Notes: generated from the letters alone by a model not told the origin. 64,000 nt of DNA from Macrostomum lignano (GCA_002269645.1 NIVC01004000.1:1789-65788); one strand, 5' to 3'; positions 46,440-58,163 are shown, counted from the first letter of the stretch. Made by a program: numbers and translations.

Positions 46440-47505
46440 TTAGAAGAGGAAGGAGAAGATAAGAGGATAGATGAGATGAGAGATTAAAGGAAAGAGGAGA
46501 TAAGAGTATAGATGAGATCAAATATGAAAGGAAAGCGGAGATAAGAGGATAGATAATTTGAGAGATGAAAGGAAAGAGGGGATGAGAGGATAAATGAGAT
46601 GAGAGATGGAGAGATGAAAGAAGAAATGAGATGAAAGAAGAGATAAGAGGAAAGAAGAGATGAGAGATGAAAGAAGAGTTGAGGGATGAAAGAAGAGATG
46701 AGAGGAAAGAAGAGATGAGAGGAAAGATAAGATAAGAGGATAGATGAGATGAAGGATGAGAGATGAGAGGAAGAAGAGATAAGAGGATAGATGAGATGAG
46801 AGATGAGAGATGAAAGGAAAGAAGAGATGAGAGGATAAATGAGAGGAGAGATGAAAGAAGAGATGAGATGAAAGAAGAGATAAGAGGAAAGAAGAGATGA
46901 GATGAAAAAAGAGATGAGAGATGAAAGAAGAGTTGAGAGATGAAAGAAGAGATGAGAGTAAAGAAGAGATAAGAGGATAGATGGGATGAGTGATGAGAGA
47001 TGAGAGGAAGAAGAGATAAGAGGATAGATGAGATGAGAGATGAGAGATGAAAGGAAAGAAGAGATAAGAGGATAAATGAGAGGAGAGATGAAAGAAGAGA
47101 TGAGATGAAAGAAGAGATGAGATGATAGATGAGAGGAGAGATGAAAGAAGGGATGAGATGAAAGAAGAGATGAGATGATAGATGAGAGGAGAGATGAAAG
47201 AAGGGATGAGATGAAAGAAGAGATGAGAGATGAAAGAAGAGATGAGAGGATAGATGAGATGAGGGATGAGAGATGAGAGGAAAGAAGAGATAAGAGGATA
47301 AATGAGATGAGAGATGAGAGGAAAGAAGAGATAAGAGGATAGATAAGATGAGAAATGAGAGATGAAAGAAAAGAAGAGATGAGATGATAGATGAGAGGAG
47401 AGATGAAGAAAGAAATGAGATGAAAGAAGAGATGAGAGGAAAGAAGAGATGAGAGATGAAAGGAAAGAAAAGAGAGGAGAGAGAGGAGATGAGAGGGGAG
47501 ATTAG
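46440..47505. repeat. Purine-rich low-complexity satellite (GAAAGAAGAGATGAGA-like)
   Basis: Almost no C on the plus strand for 1 kb; lies between divergent genes P4 and P5. Confidence 0.95.
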
Positions 47506-47925
47506 AGAGCGGAGGTAGGCCAGATGATTGCTATTGTGAAGTTTCAAAGGACTCGAGGGCCAGATAGAAAGGCAATTCGCAGGTCGCGTGTGGAATCTAT
47601 CACTTCTTTCGTCTTCACCTTGAATTAAACCCATGGGATTCTTCCGTCATAGCCGAGCAGTAAACTATTTATGTATTTATTTGTTTAAATAATCTTCAAG
47701 TTACAAAAATAGTATCTACATCAATCGATAGAGAGTAGTTGTATCTATGGTCTGAATTAATTATATGTAGTAATTCTGGATATAGAAAAAAATCTGATTG
47801 CCCCAAATAACCAAGCAAGCTAGCGAAGGCCAATATTGAAATAATATTGATTTTCCAACTAAAACAACAGACCCACACAAATTTCTTCATGTACAAGCTC
47901 CAGTAAATGCTCAGGCAGACTTCTC

Positions 47926-49463
47926 ATGCGAACTCAAAGCTTTATAGCAATTTACTTTATTCTGCTCACGATTGTCAGCCAGTTTCCAAGCGGCGGCCAA
48001 TGCTGCCCGAAAGCAGTAAAATCATGTGAGTTTATCGAGTTTATGGAAATAATGCTTTATTATTAATTTGCACATTGAATGTCTGAGAAATTCAATAATT
48101 TTATTAGTAGGAAGTGAAGTCGAGGGAAGCTGTGATTGGTGAGAGCAGGCTGTGATTGGTGAGAGAAGCTGTGATTGGTGAGAGCAGGCTGTGATTGGTG
48201 AGAGCAGGCTGTGATTGGTGAGAGAAGCTGTGATTGGTGAGAGAAGCTGTGATTGGTGAGAGCAGCTGTGATTGGTGAGAGAAGCTGTGATTGGTGAGAG
48301 CAGCTGTGATTGGTGAGAGAAGCTGTGATTGGTGAGAGCAGCTGTGATTGGTGAGAGAAGCTGTGATTGGTGAGAGCAGCTGTGATTGGTGAGAGCAGCT
48401 GTGATTGGTGAGAGAAGCTGTGATTGGTGAGAGCAGCTGTGATTGGTGAGAGCAGGCTGTGATTGGTGAGAGCAGCTGTGATTGGTGAGAGAAGCTGTGA
48501 TTGGTGAGAGCAGCTGTGATTGGTGAGAGCAGGCTGTGATTGGTGAGAGCAGCTGTGATTGGTGAGAGCAGGCTGTGATTGGTGAGAGAAGCTGTGATTG
48601 GTGAGAGCAGTTGTGATTGGTGAGAGCAGCTGTGATTGGTGAGAGCAGCTGTGATTGGTGAGAGCAGGCTGTGATTGGTGAGAGCAGCTGTGATTGGTGA
48701 GAGAAGCTGTGATTGGTGAGAGCAGCTGTGATTGGTGAGAGCAGGCTGTGATTGGTGAGAGCAGGCTGTGATTGGTGAGAGCAGCTGTGATTGGTGAGAG
48801 CAGCTGTGATTGGTGAGAGCAGCTGTGATTGGTGAGAGAAGCTGTGATTGGTGAGAGCAGCTGTGATTGGTGAGAGCAGGCTGTGATTGGTGAGAGCAGG
48901 CTGTGATTGGTGAGAGCAGCTGTGGTTGGTGAGAGTAGCTGTGATTGCTACAATTTATTCAATCCTTGTTTGCAGTGAAATCGCGAGCGAAATCGTTTTT
49001 TAAGCTGAAATCTGCTAAGAAAGCCGGCGACGCGCCGGGCAACGCAAACAGGAAGTCCAGCGTTACCGACATGGATAATCCCGGGTGTAAAAATCCCTTT
49101 TTTCCCTGCAACGAGGGCGGCCTGGTGAAATCCGTGGGTAAAAAGGCCGGTGCGGCTCAAAAGGGGAAATCAAAAAAGTCCGCCGACTTGGATAATCCCG
49201 GCTGCCAGAATCCGTTTCTGCCCTGCAAAAAGAGCGGAGGCTTCTTTAAAAGAGCGGGCGGGGCTATCGGTCCACACAAAAAGAAAATCGGCTTCATAGG
49301 TGCTGGCGCTGCCACAACCGGCTTGGCCGCTACTGGAGCTGCTGGCATTGCTCTATCCAAATCCGGAAAAAGTGATCCGACAGCTCAAACAATTGATCCC
49401 GACAGAACGGGTCTCGCTGGTGGAGCGAAAGCTTATCTTGGTATTGACAAACAAACCGCGTGA
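47926..49463 (+). CDS. P5: secreted Lys/Gly-rich precursor with two Cys-loop modules, 195 aa
   Basis: Exon 1 47926-48025 MRTQSFIAIYFILLTIVSQFPSGGQCCPKAVKS, donor gtgagt (phase 1); acceptor tttgcag at 48975; exon 2 48976-49463 with DMDNPGCKNPFFPC, DLDNPGCQNPFLPC and IGFIGAGAATTGLAATGAAGIAL. Confidence 0.88.
48128..48946. repeat. 19/20-bp minisatellite GCTGTGATTGGTGAGAGCA(G) (reverse CCAATCAC) filling the P5 intron
   Basis: About 42 copies. Confidence 0.97.
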
Positions 49464-50199
49464 ACATTCTAATAAGTTACTGTCAGGATCCGGACTAAGT
49501 ATGGTCAAGAATGAATTTAGCAAAAAAACTGCTGTTGAAGTTTGTTAGCCATTAAGTTAAAGGAAATTATTACAATATGGTTGGCTGACGGCTATTTAAT
49601 CGGGCCTTTTGGACCAGCCTCATTACTAGCAAACAGTAAATACCATTAGCTAATCGAAGACTTTAAATAACCCGTTCACTTCTCAGTCAGCATGTCGTCA
49701 AAAGACTCTTTCTTCTCTGTGTAAAATTAAGCTAAACTATTTTTAAGTGTATGTTAATTATTTGTGCTATTTTTGTTGCTAGTTTTTGTTAGCAAACGAG
49801 TATATTGAAAGTTTTTCTTTTATAAATACATAAATGTATTATTCTGCCTAAACAATCTTTAACTCAGCGTCCAAGCCAAGGAGATGGATGTTACTACAAT
49901 TTATTTTTACTTTAACAGTGTACGTGTAACAAGCTAAAATACACGCGAGTATAATGTATTTCATTTCTTACGGGAACCTAATTATAATGCCTTAGCTATT
50001 TTGAAGCCCTTTAAAATTAAAGATCTACAGTTTCCGTTTGTAAAATCTATTTGTACTTTATAATTACATGTACACATATGTACATGTATATGTACTGCAT
50101 GCACGTGTTCTGCATGGGTATGATCCAATCATATTCTGTTGGGGCAGCTGAGACTTGCATGGCGCCAAGAAAAAAGTTATGCATTTTCATTGCGTTTCA

Positions 50200-51140
50200 T
50201 CAAACAGTTTCATCAATCTTTGTCGACTTCCTCAAGGCTTTCGACTCGGTGGCCCGCGGTGCGCTCCCTCACGTGCTCCGTACCGCAGTAGCTGATCTTC
50301 GCAAACATGGCGCTGTACCAGGACACGACCGCTGCGGTAGCGACGCCGACGGACCGTCGGACCTGTTCAGCACGACCTCCGGAGTGCTGCAGGCCGTGAC
50401 ACTCTGGCGCCCTTCTCCTCTTTGTTTTGCTGATGGACTGTGTGCTCAGGAGGCGGCGGCCTGCCGACAGCAGAGAACGGCCTTCTACTGCAAAGGCGAC
50501 ACCAGTCGGCGACACCCGGAGAAGAGGCTGTTCCTCCTCGGCTACTAGCTCGGACGACCTCGCCCTGCATGCTGTCTACGACGGCCGAAGGCGCCCCAAC
50601 GGCTGCTGGATGGCCTGATTGTGGCGGCTGCAAGGGTCGGCCTCGTCATCAACGCCAAAAATACCGAGGTGCTGACAGTTCCCCACGATCTACCCGCCAA
50701 GATAAGACTCAGAGACGGCACGATGGCCCTGGGACGGTGCACCAAGTGCCGTCAGCCCCTCTACTTTAGCGGGCTGGTGACGGATGTGAGCGACGACCTG
50801 GGAGACGGCGCGGCCGGCAAGGCCTGGGCCGCCTTTCGATCTGTGGGCGGAGCTGCTTTCAGAGGCTCTATTGGACAGCTTTAGGTTCCAATGGCAGCTG
50901 TTCCAGGCTGTTGTCGAGACCGCCCTCGACCCTGTACTGGGCGCTCGAGAGGCAGCTCGATGTGGCGCATACGGCTCTGATTCGTGCCGCGTTCGGCGCC
51001 CGCCGCGGCCCTGGCAGCAAGATGACCGACTCCCCGTACCAGCGAGAGCGCACCTGACGCGGCCTTCTGTCCTGCTGAGCAAGCGACGTCTGCAGCTTGC
51101 CGGGCATGTCATCCGGGCCGAAGTCTATCTTGACAGCTGA
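50200..51140 (+). pseudogene. Degenerate LINE reverse transcriptase, same family as 36500-37670
   Basis: IFVDFLKAFDSVARGAL, TTSGVLQ, SDDLAL, AARVGLVINAKNTEVL, FQAVVETAL, RRLQLAGHVIR in shifting frames. Confidence 0.85.
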
Positions 51141-52021
51141 GGTTGCATGTGGATGTCATGTGCACAAGTACGTACATGTGCTTACACAGTATCCATCTGT
51201 TACATTTACGTTACGCATTAGAACCCACGAGAAGCGCATCAGCGCGTTGGCGAATATTTATTTTTGCATAGACTTTGTTGCCATGCATCTAGAAACTTTA
51301 GAGTTAAAATTTAATCTGATCTAATTCAAAATCCAAGCAAAATATTTTTATCTACATGTATGTAAACATTATGAACTTCGACCCTTCATCAGTTCCTTGC
51401 CTGATTTGATTGCAATAAAATTGTCGTTATACGAGTACGAGCTAAAATAATCTTCGCGGCTCGCGCACTCTTTGAATGCATACCTTTTGCGGTTCTTTAT
51501 TAAAGAATAATTAATTATTTGGAATTGTAGACGGCCATAAGCAGCATATGCACGATAGATAGCGCGTACTTCATCATAGTCTTGTCTGAATTCTTTAATT
51601 GATTGGCAAAACTAGACGTGTTAACTTACTACTACTACTACTACCCAATACATGCAGTGTGAATCTAGTATTAGTAATGTATAGCCGGTGCTATTGTTCT
51701 CAGCCATGTATTAAGCCTAAGGCAAGAATCCATGACATTTAGGAAGTTAAAGTAAACTATAATACTATTATATAAGCCTAGTCTAGTCAAAGTGTGTATA
51801 TGCACCTTGAATTTTGAAATTATACCCTAAGGCTTAAATTAGGCCTAAATTGGGTTTGGGTGTAGTTTAAGTGTAGCCATAGGACTAGTCTCACAACCTA
51901 TTCTAATTTTTCTTTTTTTAAAGCCTCATTTGCATTCAATCAAAAAAACACAAGCCAAGAAGTCAAAGCATTCTCTGAGTCTAAACACAAGAAAAGACAT
52001 GCCTATAGGCCTATTCTAGGT

Positions 52022-52315
52022 GGCAATGGATGGCTAGAGTTCCGGCACCGGAACCCATTTTCTAACAGCTAGGGATCCGGCAGTGCCGTATAGAAGCATA
52101 TAAAGACTGGTAAGAACATATCTTAAGAAGTCTGAATATTAGAAGCATCTCATCCCAAATCTTATCATATCATCTTAAATTTTAATCTAGAACAAAATCT
52201 CAATATCAGCCACCTATAGAAAGAAAAATATAATGTTCCATCTATATTATAATGGCACTACCGGATCCGTAGCCATTAGAAAATGGGTTCCGGTGCCGGA
52301 ACTCTAGCCATTGCC
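52022..52315. mobile_element. MITE with GGCAAT termini, about 295 bp
   Basis: About 60-bp TIR GGCAAT..GGCTAGAGTTCCGGCACCGGAACCCATTTTCTAA; flanked by (A)TTCTAGG direct repeat (7-8 bp). Confidence 0.85.
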
Positions 52316-52988
52316 ATTCTAGGCCCTATTCCTAATTTTCTAAAATCAGAGAAAGTGCACTCTGAGCCTTAAAGTTGCACCTTGAAATGACATTCAAGGT
52401 ACAATTTTGCATTTGTTTCTCACAAAAAACCCAGGCTAGGCCCTCTAAATTAAGATAAAATTAGATTTAATCACATTCATGCTTTAAAATGTATTAATTA
52501 GGCCTAGGCCCTACTTAAACTAAAGTTAAAGTGTACAATATTTAAATTAATATTGCATTACTAGGCCTATAGCAAACTATTTCAATGATCAAAGATATAA
52601 TCTTTTCAGTGGTTTTGTAATAGAAAATGGAACAAATTTTTCATGCAGGTTTTCCCTTAATGAAAGTTTTAGGCACTTAAATTTTATAGGCCTAGTATAG
52701 GCAACTTTTTATCAGTTTTTCTATAATCTAAATATACTAAATCTTTAAGTCTAAGGTTTGTTTGTTTGTATGCTTGTCCATAATGCTCTAGTTTTTTTTA
52801 TAAAATCCTAGTCTCAGAATTCTAGAAATCTTTTTTATTATTCTTTAATGTTTGTATAGTGCTCTATAGGAAAAAGTTATAAAACATTGCCTCTTCCTTC
52901 TGGCAGCTGCTCTAGCAAACAAACATACATGGAAAGCGCCTAATAATACCTCTGTGGAAAGGCGTATACACTTGTCATTTATAATGCT

Positions 52989-53822
52989 TAGAGATGTTCC
53001 AAGATTTTGATTCTGATTTTCTTAAATTTGGAACTTTTATGAGTGAATTACAATTTCAAAATATTTAAAAGTCAAAATTTTGTCGTGTCTAAAAAGTGGC
53101 AAAAATAAACTAATTTCTGTTACATATACGAGGGTCATCCCAAAAGTTTCAGCAAACACCTACTAATTTTCAACAAACGAGTGTCAGAACAATGAACATG
53201 TCAAAAACCTTCAAAATAACTTCTATTGACTTGAATTGTGCGCTCTTAGCAGCCAGGCAACTTCTGAACGCTATCAGCAGCGCTGGATTCGCATAGGTCT
53301 TTTGCAATATGGCCGACCTTGCTGAACAGGTCATCCAGGCAATGGAAATGATGCCCTCGGAGCTGGTTCTTAAGCTTCGGAAAAAGGTCAAAATTGTAGG
53401 GACTGAGGTCTAGGGAGTAAGGAGGATGAGGCAGCACCTCCCACTGGTAGTCCCGCAGTAGGTCCTGCACAATGCAGGCTGTGTGCAAACTGGCATTGTC
53501 GTGCAGAAGGAGTGGACCAAGTTCCAGGGTCTGTGGCCACTTTTTGCATAAGGCAGGCCAAAGATGGTGAATAATGAAGCTCTGGTAGTATTGTTGGTTG
53601 ATGTTTTGGCCCTCAGGAATGCAGTGGATGAGAATAATGCCAAAGCTGTTGTAGCATGCGATGATCACCATCTTGTCGGCTCCCTTGGTGCGCCAAGTTT
53701 CAATTGTACTAAAGTTTGTTTTTCTAAATTTTGATTACAGAAAGGCAGAAAATATCAATTTTGATTTTGGAAAGTTATCAAATTTCAATTTCAATAGAAA
53801 ATGCTCCTTTAGAACATCTCTA
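52989..53822. mobile_element. hAT-like non-autonomous element containing a mariner fragment
   Basis: TIR TAGAGATGTTC; 8-bp TSD ATAATGCT at 52981-52988 and 53823-53830. Confidence 0.8.
53129..53695 (-). pseudogene. Mariner (DD34D-type) transposase, C-terminal fragment with one TIR
   Basis: LLLHDNASLHTA, EVLPHPPYSLDLSPYNFDLFPKLK; end TA|CGAGGGTCATCCCAAAAGTTTC is a mariner-type TIR. Confidence 0.9.
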
Positions 53823-53944
53823 ATAATGCTAAAGCATAGTACAATAATTTGACTATTCTAAAGTGCATGTCCATGGGTTTTCAACATTTATTCCAATAGG
53901 GGTGTAGTGTAGTACTCTATGTATATGGCTTTGATTTTAATATA

Positions 53945-55850
53945 TAAGAAGTGTTTCAAAATTAACAAGAATTTTGTTATAACTTATCAACTTGAAAATT
54001 CATGCAATAATTTTTCTAATATTCATGTAACATACTGCTTTAGTTCTGGCTCTATAAGCCAATACTCAACAGTAGCATCCTGTGTGAAAATCTAAACCTC
54101 AAGATAAACAACTATAATTTTTTGTTTATAGAAAAGTGAATAAGTTAAACATGTTTACTGTGTAAAAAAACTAGTGCCTCCATCTATTTTTTAACAATTT
54201 CAAAATGTTCCACAAAGCTGTCATTGAGCTAAATATATTTCTTATACAATATAGCTGCTTGTCAACATTCTCTTCCCAGAAGCTCATAGGCAAGAAATAA
54301 AAATATTTGTTGGCCTCCACTACAAGTTTCTCATGACTGGTGAAGGCACAACCTTGCATAGGCTTCTTCATTCACAAGTGAAAGTTAGCAATGGGGAGGT
54401 CTGGTAAATAAGCGGATAATTGAGCAGCTAAAAGCCAAGCTCTTCCACTTTCTTTATGGTGGCTGCAGCAATATGAGGGTGAACATTGTCCCATAGGATG
54501 AAAGTCCTAGCATGTATAATGTGGCGCTTCCTTGTTAAACTCCTTGTTAAAATTTGAAGACCTTGTGCAAACAAGCTGATCTTGCAAGTAAGTGGAATTG
54601 ATAGTCTTTTCTGGCAGATAGTTGACTATCAGAATACCACAGGCATCAAACCACATAGTGCACATGATGTTGCACGTCCAAGCCAACTTCATTGGCTTTG
54701 TGTATGGCTGATAGCCCCCAGTGGCATAGGGAGGGGGGGATCAGGGGGGATGTATCCCCCCCCCCGAAGAAGAGCCTGACCAAAACTTTTTTGTTGCACT
54801 TTTTCGCTATACATGCTACCATGTGAGCACTTTTACCTTGGTGTATCCCCCCGTAGGAAATTCACCTTGGTGTATCCCCCCCGTAGGAAATTCCTGGCTA
54901 CGCCCCTGATAGCCCCTAGGCCCCCACTGCATTGACTGTTGCTTAGTGAGTGGGTTGAACATTGGCAGCTGCATCTTATCCATGATGATAAAAAGTTGTT
55001 TAAGCTCTTCATCACTAACTTGTTGCCACACCCACAAGTTTTCCATAGCACATTGAACTTGCTACCTTTTTGCTCCAGGGTCAACTCATGCAGCACCCAC
55101 TTAGCATAGACCAATTGATCTCCTTGACCTTGAAGATGTGGCTCATAGAAGTGATGGAAAGGTAACAAACCTTAATTTTATGCATTGTAATAAATGAATT
55201 GGTGCAAAGATAATCATAGGCAATTTCCTTGCTTTTATTGCCTGTTGACCATGCAGTGAGGACCAAACTTTGGTGCATCACCACATCCTATTGCACCCTT
55301 GTAGAATGCCTTGCAGTGAGCATAAACCCATGCAGTGATCTCCAAAGGGTTGGTTTAGGTCCCAAGTGGTTTTGTATAGCCTCTTTCCAAGTTAGACCAG
55401 ACTGGCAATAAAATGTCATTGGCCTATCCTTTGATCTAATTTCTGTGTGATCTTTTGGATGCTCTCACTTGTAACTTTAAGGCACTTTGATTAGTCCAGT
55501 CACTGAGCTAAACATTTGCAAATTGGCATGACACTGCAGTTTAAAACAAAAAATCAAATCAGCTTTGTCTATAAATAATGGAAGAAGGAGCCAGCACTAA
55601 GAGCCAGCTTTAAAATTCAAGAATTTTTTTATAGTCTCCAGACCATAGACAAGATACATAATTTTTTTATCTCTAAGTTCAGACTTTTACGCAGGATACT
55701 ACTTGTTTTGAATTGGCTTATAGAGCTGAAACTGAAGCTATGTATTTCATGAATATTTGAAAAATTGTTGTGTGAAAACTTCAAGTTGATAAGTTCATCT
55801 GTTCAAAAGTTATAACACAAAATTCTTGTTACTTTTGAATCACCCCGCAT
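53945..55850 (-). mobile_element. Old mariner-like element with ~180-bp degenerate TIRs
   Basis: Inverted similarity 53945-54125 vs 55660-55850; internal fragments KWVLHELT (WVPHEL motif), MCTMWFDACGILIVNYLPEKTINSTY and KPMQGCAFTSHEKLV. Confidence 0.7.
54719..54908. mobile_element. hAT-like MITE (CAG..CTG), 190 bp, nested in the mariner remnant
   Basis: Ends CAGTGGCATAGG / CTGGCTACGCCCCTG; 8-bp TSD ATAGCCCC at 54711-54718 and 54909-54916. Confidence 0.85.
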
Positions 55851-56218
55851 GCTCATATTTCAAAGCTCTGATATTGAAAATAGACAAGAATTGTATTTAT
55901 AATATGTGGTAGGAAATATCAGAAGCAATTTTATTTGGTATTAGCTTTTTTAATATTCAAGATTTGGCCTATACAGTATGCACCTTTCATTGTCAAATAG
56001 TTTTATTATGTTTGGCATTGTCAGATCTATAGACATTAGTAATATAAACTTTATAGTGCTAATAATTTTATGTTTACTTCGTCATTTCTATGTTAATATC
56101 AATTTAATAAACCCAATAAAAATAAGTTGGCTTGGCCATGAGGCACTAACTCATGTCATGTGGCCCTTGGCTTAGTTGAGTTGATTATTATAAATATTCA
56201 ATTGTTAGGCTTAGCTAA

Positions 56219-56580
56219 TGGGGGCCATAGCCCAGCGGTAGCGCAGCTGCTCTAGTGTGCCAGAGACCCAGGCTCGATTCCAAGTGCAGTCACATTAATT
56301 TGGGGCTAAAATGGAATCTTGGCTTGGCTCTGCTTATGCAATTAATGGCCTTGAGAGCCAACCCCCCAAGGCGCAATGAAGTGTACATACGTAATGATAA
56401 TATAAAGTCAGGGCTGCTGTACACTCCTGTGTGAGTTTGTGCCTGCGTACGTATCCGCGCGCTTGTATGCCTGCTCAGGGGAGTTGGCGGAATGGGCAGT
56501 AATGCCTCTCGCCGGTTGTGTGCCAATGTCGCTTAAAGTGTGCCAGGGTGCACACAACCTCCCTGCCACTAATAAAAAAA
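56219..56580 (+). mobile_element. tRNA-derived SINE, family A, full length
   Basis: Box A TAGCCCAGCGG, box B GGCTCGATTCC, poly(A) tail, 11-bp TSD AGGCTTAGCTA (56207-56217 and 56580-56590). Confidence 0.9.
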
Positions 56581-56779
56581 GGCTTAGCTATTTTAGATTC
56601 TTTAGTAAATGAAAATATTTTAATAGCTTTTTAAAATATAGTCAGTTAATGAAAAATACATGAAGTGTTGCTGGATAATCCAGAGGTTAAATAAGTTCTG
56701 ATTAATTATAACTAATTATGCTATTAAAGTATTGCAATAACATTACATTGCAGCCTTTGACCTTATTTATTAGTAAGGA

Positions 56780-58163
56780 ATGGAAAACTGTCAGCCATCG
56801 GTGGTGAGGCAGCTGTCAAAGGAAGTGAAGGAACTGCTGCTTCATCCACCAGAAGGCATTAGAATTGTGTTCAATGAATCCAACCTCGCAGACATCCAGG
56901 CCTATATTGATGGTCCTGTTGACACACCCTACGCTGGCGGCAGTTTTCACATCAAGCTGCATCTGGGTTCCAACTATCCTAATGAGCCGCCGAAGGGCTA
57001 CTTTATCACTAAGATATTTCATCCGAATATTGCACCTCAGACTGGGGAGATCTGTGTTAACACGCTCAAACGGGATTGGACACCGGACACCGGGCTTAAG
57101 AAGCTTCTCCTAGTGATTAAATGCCTGCTCATTGTGCCTAATCCCGAGTCAGCCTTAAATGAAGATGCTGGCCGACTTTTGCTAGAAGAGTACTCTGAGT
57201 ACTTTGCTCGGGCTCGACTCTACACGGAGATTCACGCGTTAAAGTGTACAGAAGGCGGCGACTCTGCTGCTATGTGAGTTTAAGTAATCATCATAGTCTA
57301 TTCAGTTATGATTTTAAGTCTAAGCATATTTCCCAAATCCCAAACCTAATCTCCAAATCCATAGCATAATCCTCAAATCCCAAATCTAATCCTCAAATCC
57401 CAAACATACTCCCAAATCCCAAACTTAACCCCAAATCCCTAGCATAATCATCAAATCCCAAAACGAATTCTCAAATTTCAAACCTAATCTCCAAATCCCT
57501 AGCGTAATCCTCAAATCCCAAACCTAACCCCAAATCCCAAAATCCCAAATATAAGTCACCAGCTTAAAAAAGCCATCTCAAATCCCAAACCTTAATCCCA
57601 AATCCCAAATCTAATCCACAAATCCCAAACCTAATCCCTAAATCCCAAGCCTAATCTCCAAATCCCAGACCTGATCTTCAAATCCATAGCATAATCCTGA
57701 ACTCCCAAATCTAATCCGCAAATCCCAAACCTAACCCCAAATCCCTAGCATAATCCTCAAATCCTAAACCTAACCCCAAACTCCAAAATCCCAAATCTAA
57801 GTCACCAGCTTAAAAATCCATCTCAAATCCAAAACATTAATCCCAAAATCCAAAATCTAAGTCACCAGCTTAAAAATCCATCTCAAATCCCAAACCTTAA
57901 TCCCAAAATCTCAAATCTAAGTCAGCAGCTTAAGAATCCATCTCAAATCCCAAACCTTAATCCCAAATCCAAAATTTAAGTCACCAGCTTAAAAATCCAT
58001 CTCAAATCCCAAACCGCCGTCCAGCCTGAAGGATTCCAACGAGAACGGATCTGGCAGCGACAGCTCAAAGAAGCCCTCTGCAGCGTCAGCCTCATCAACT
58101 GGAACCGCAGCCGGAGCCAATGCAGCTAAAAGCAAGACTAAAAAGGCGCTGAAACGTTTGTGA
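56780..58163 (+). CDS. UBE2S: Ubiquitin-conjugating enzyme E2 S
   Basis: Exons 56780-57273 and 58025-58163 (phase 2); [47 protein letters not shown] and the diagnostic basic C-terminus KKALKRL. Confidence 0.95.
57330..58015. repeat. Degenerate CCCAAATCCCAAACCTAAT minisatellite with ~60-bp higher-order unit (UBE2S intron)
   Basis: Read directly. Confidence 0.9.

Noticed and set aside
46426-47634. 402-aa Ser/Leu/Phe/His-rich ORF
   Set aside because: It is the pyrimidine strand of the GA-rich satellite, which cannot contain stop codons; no complexity and no domain.
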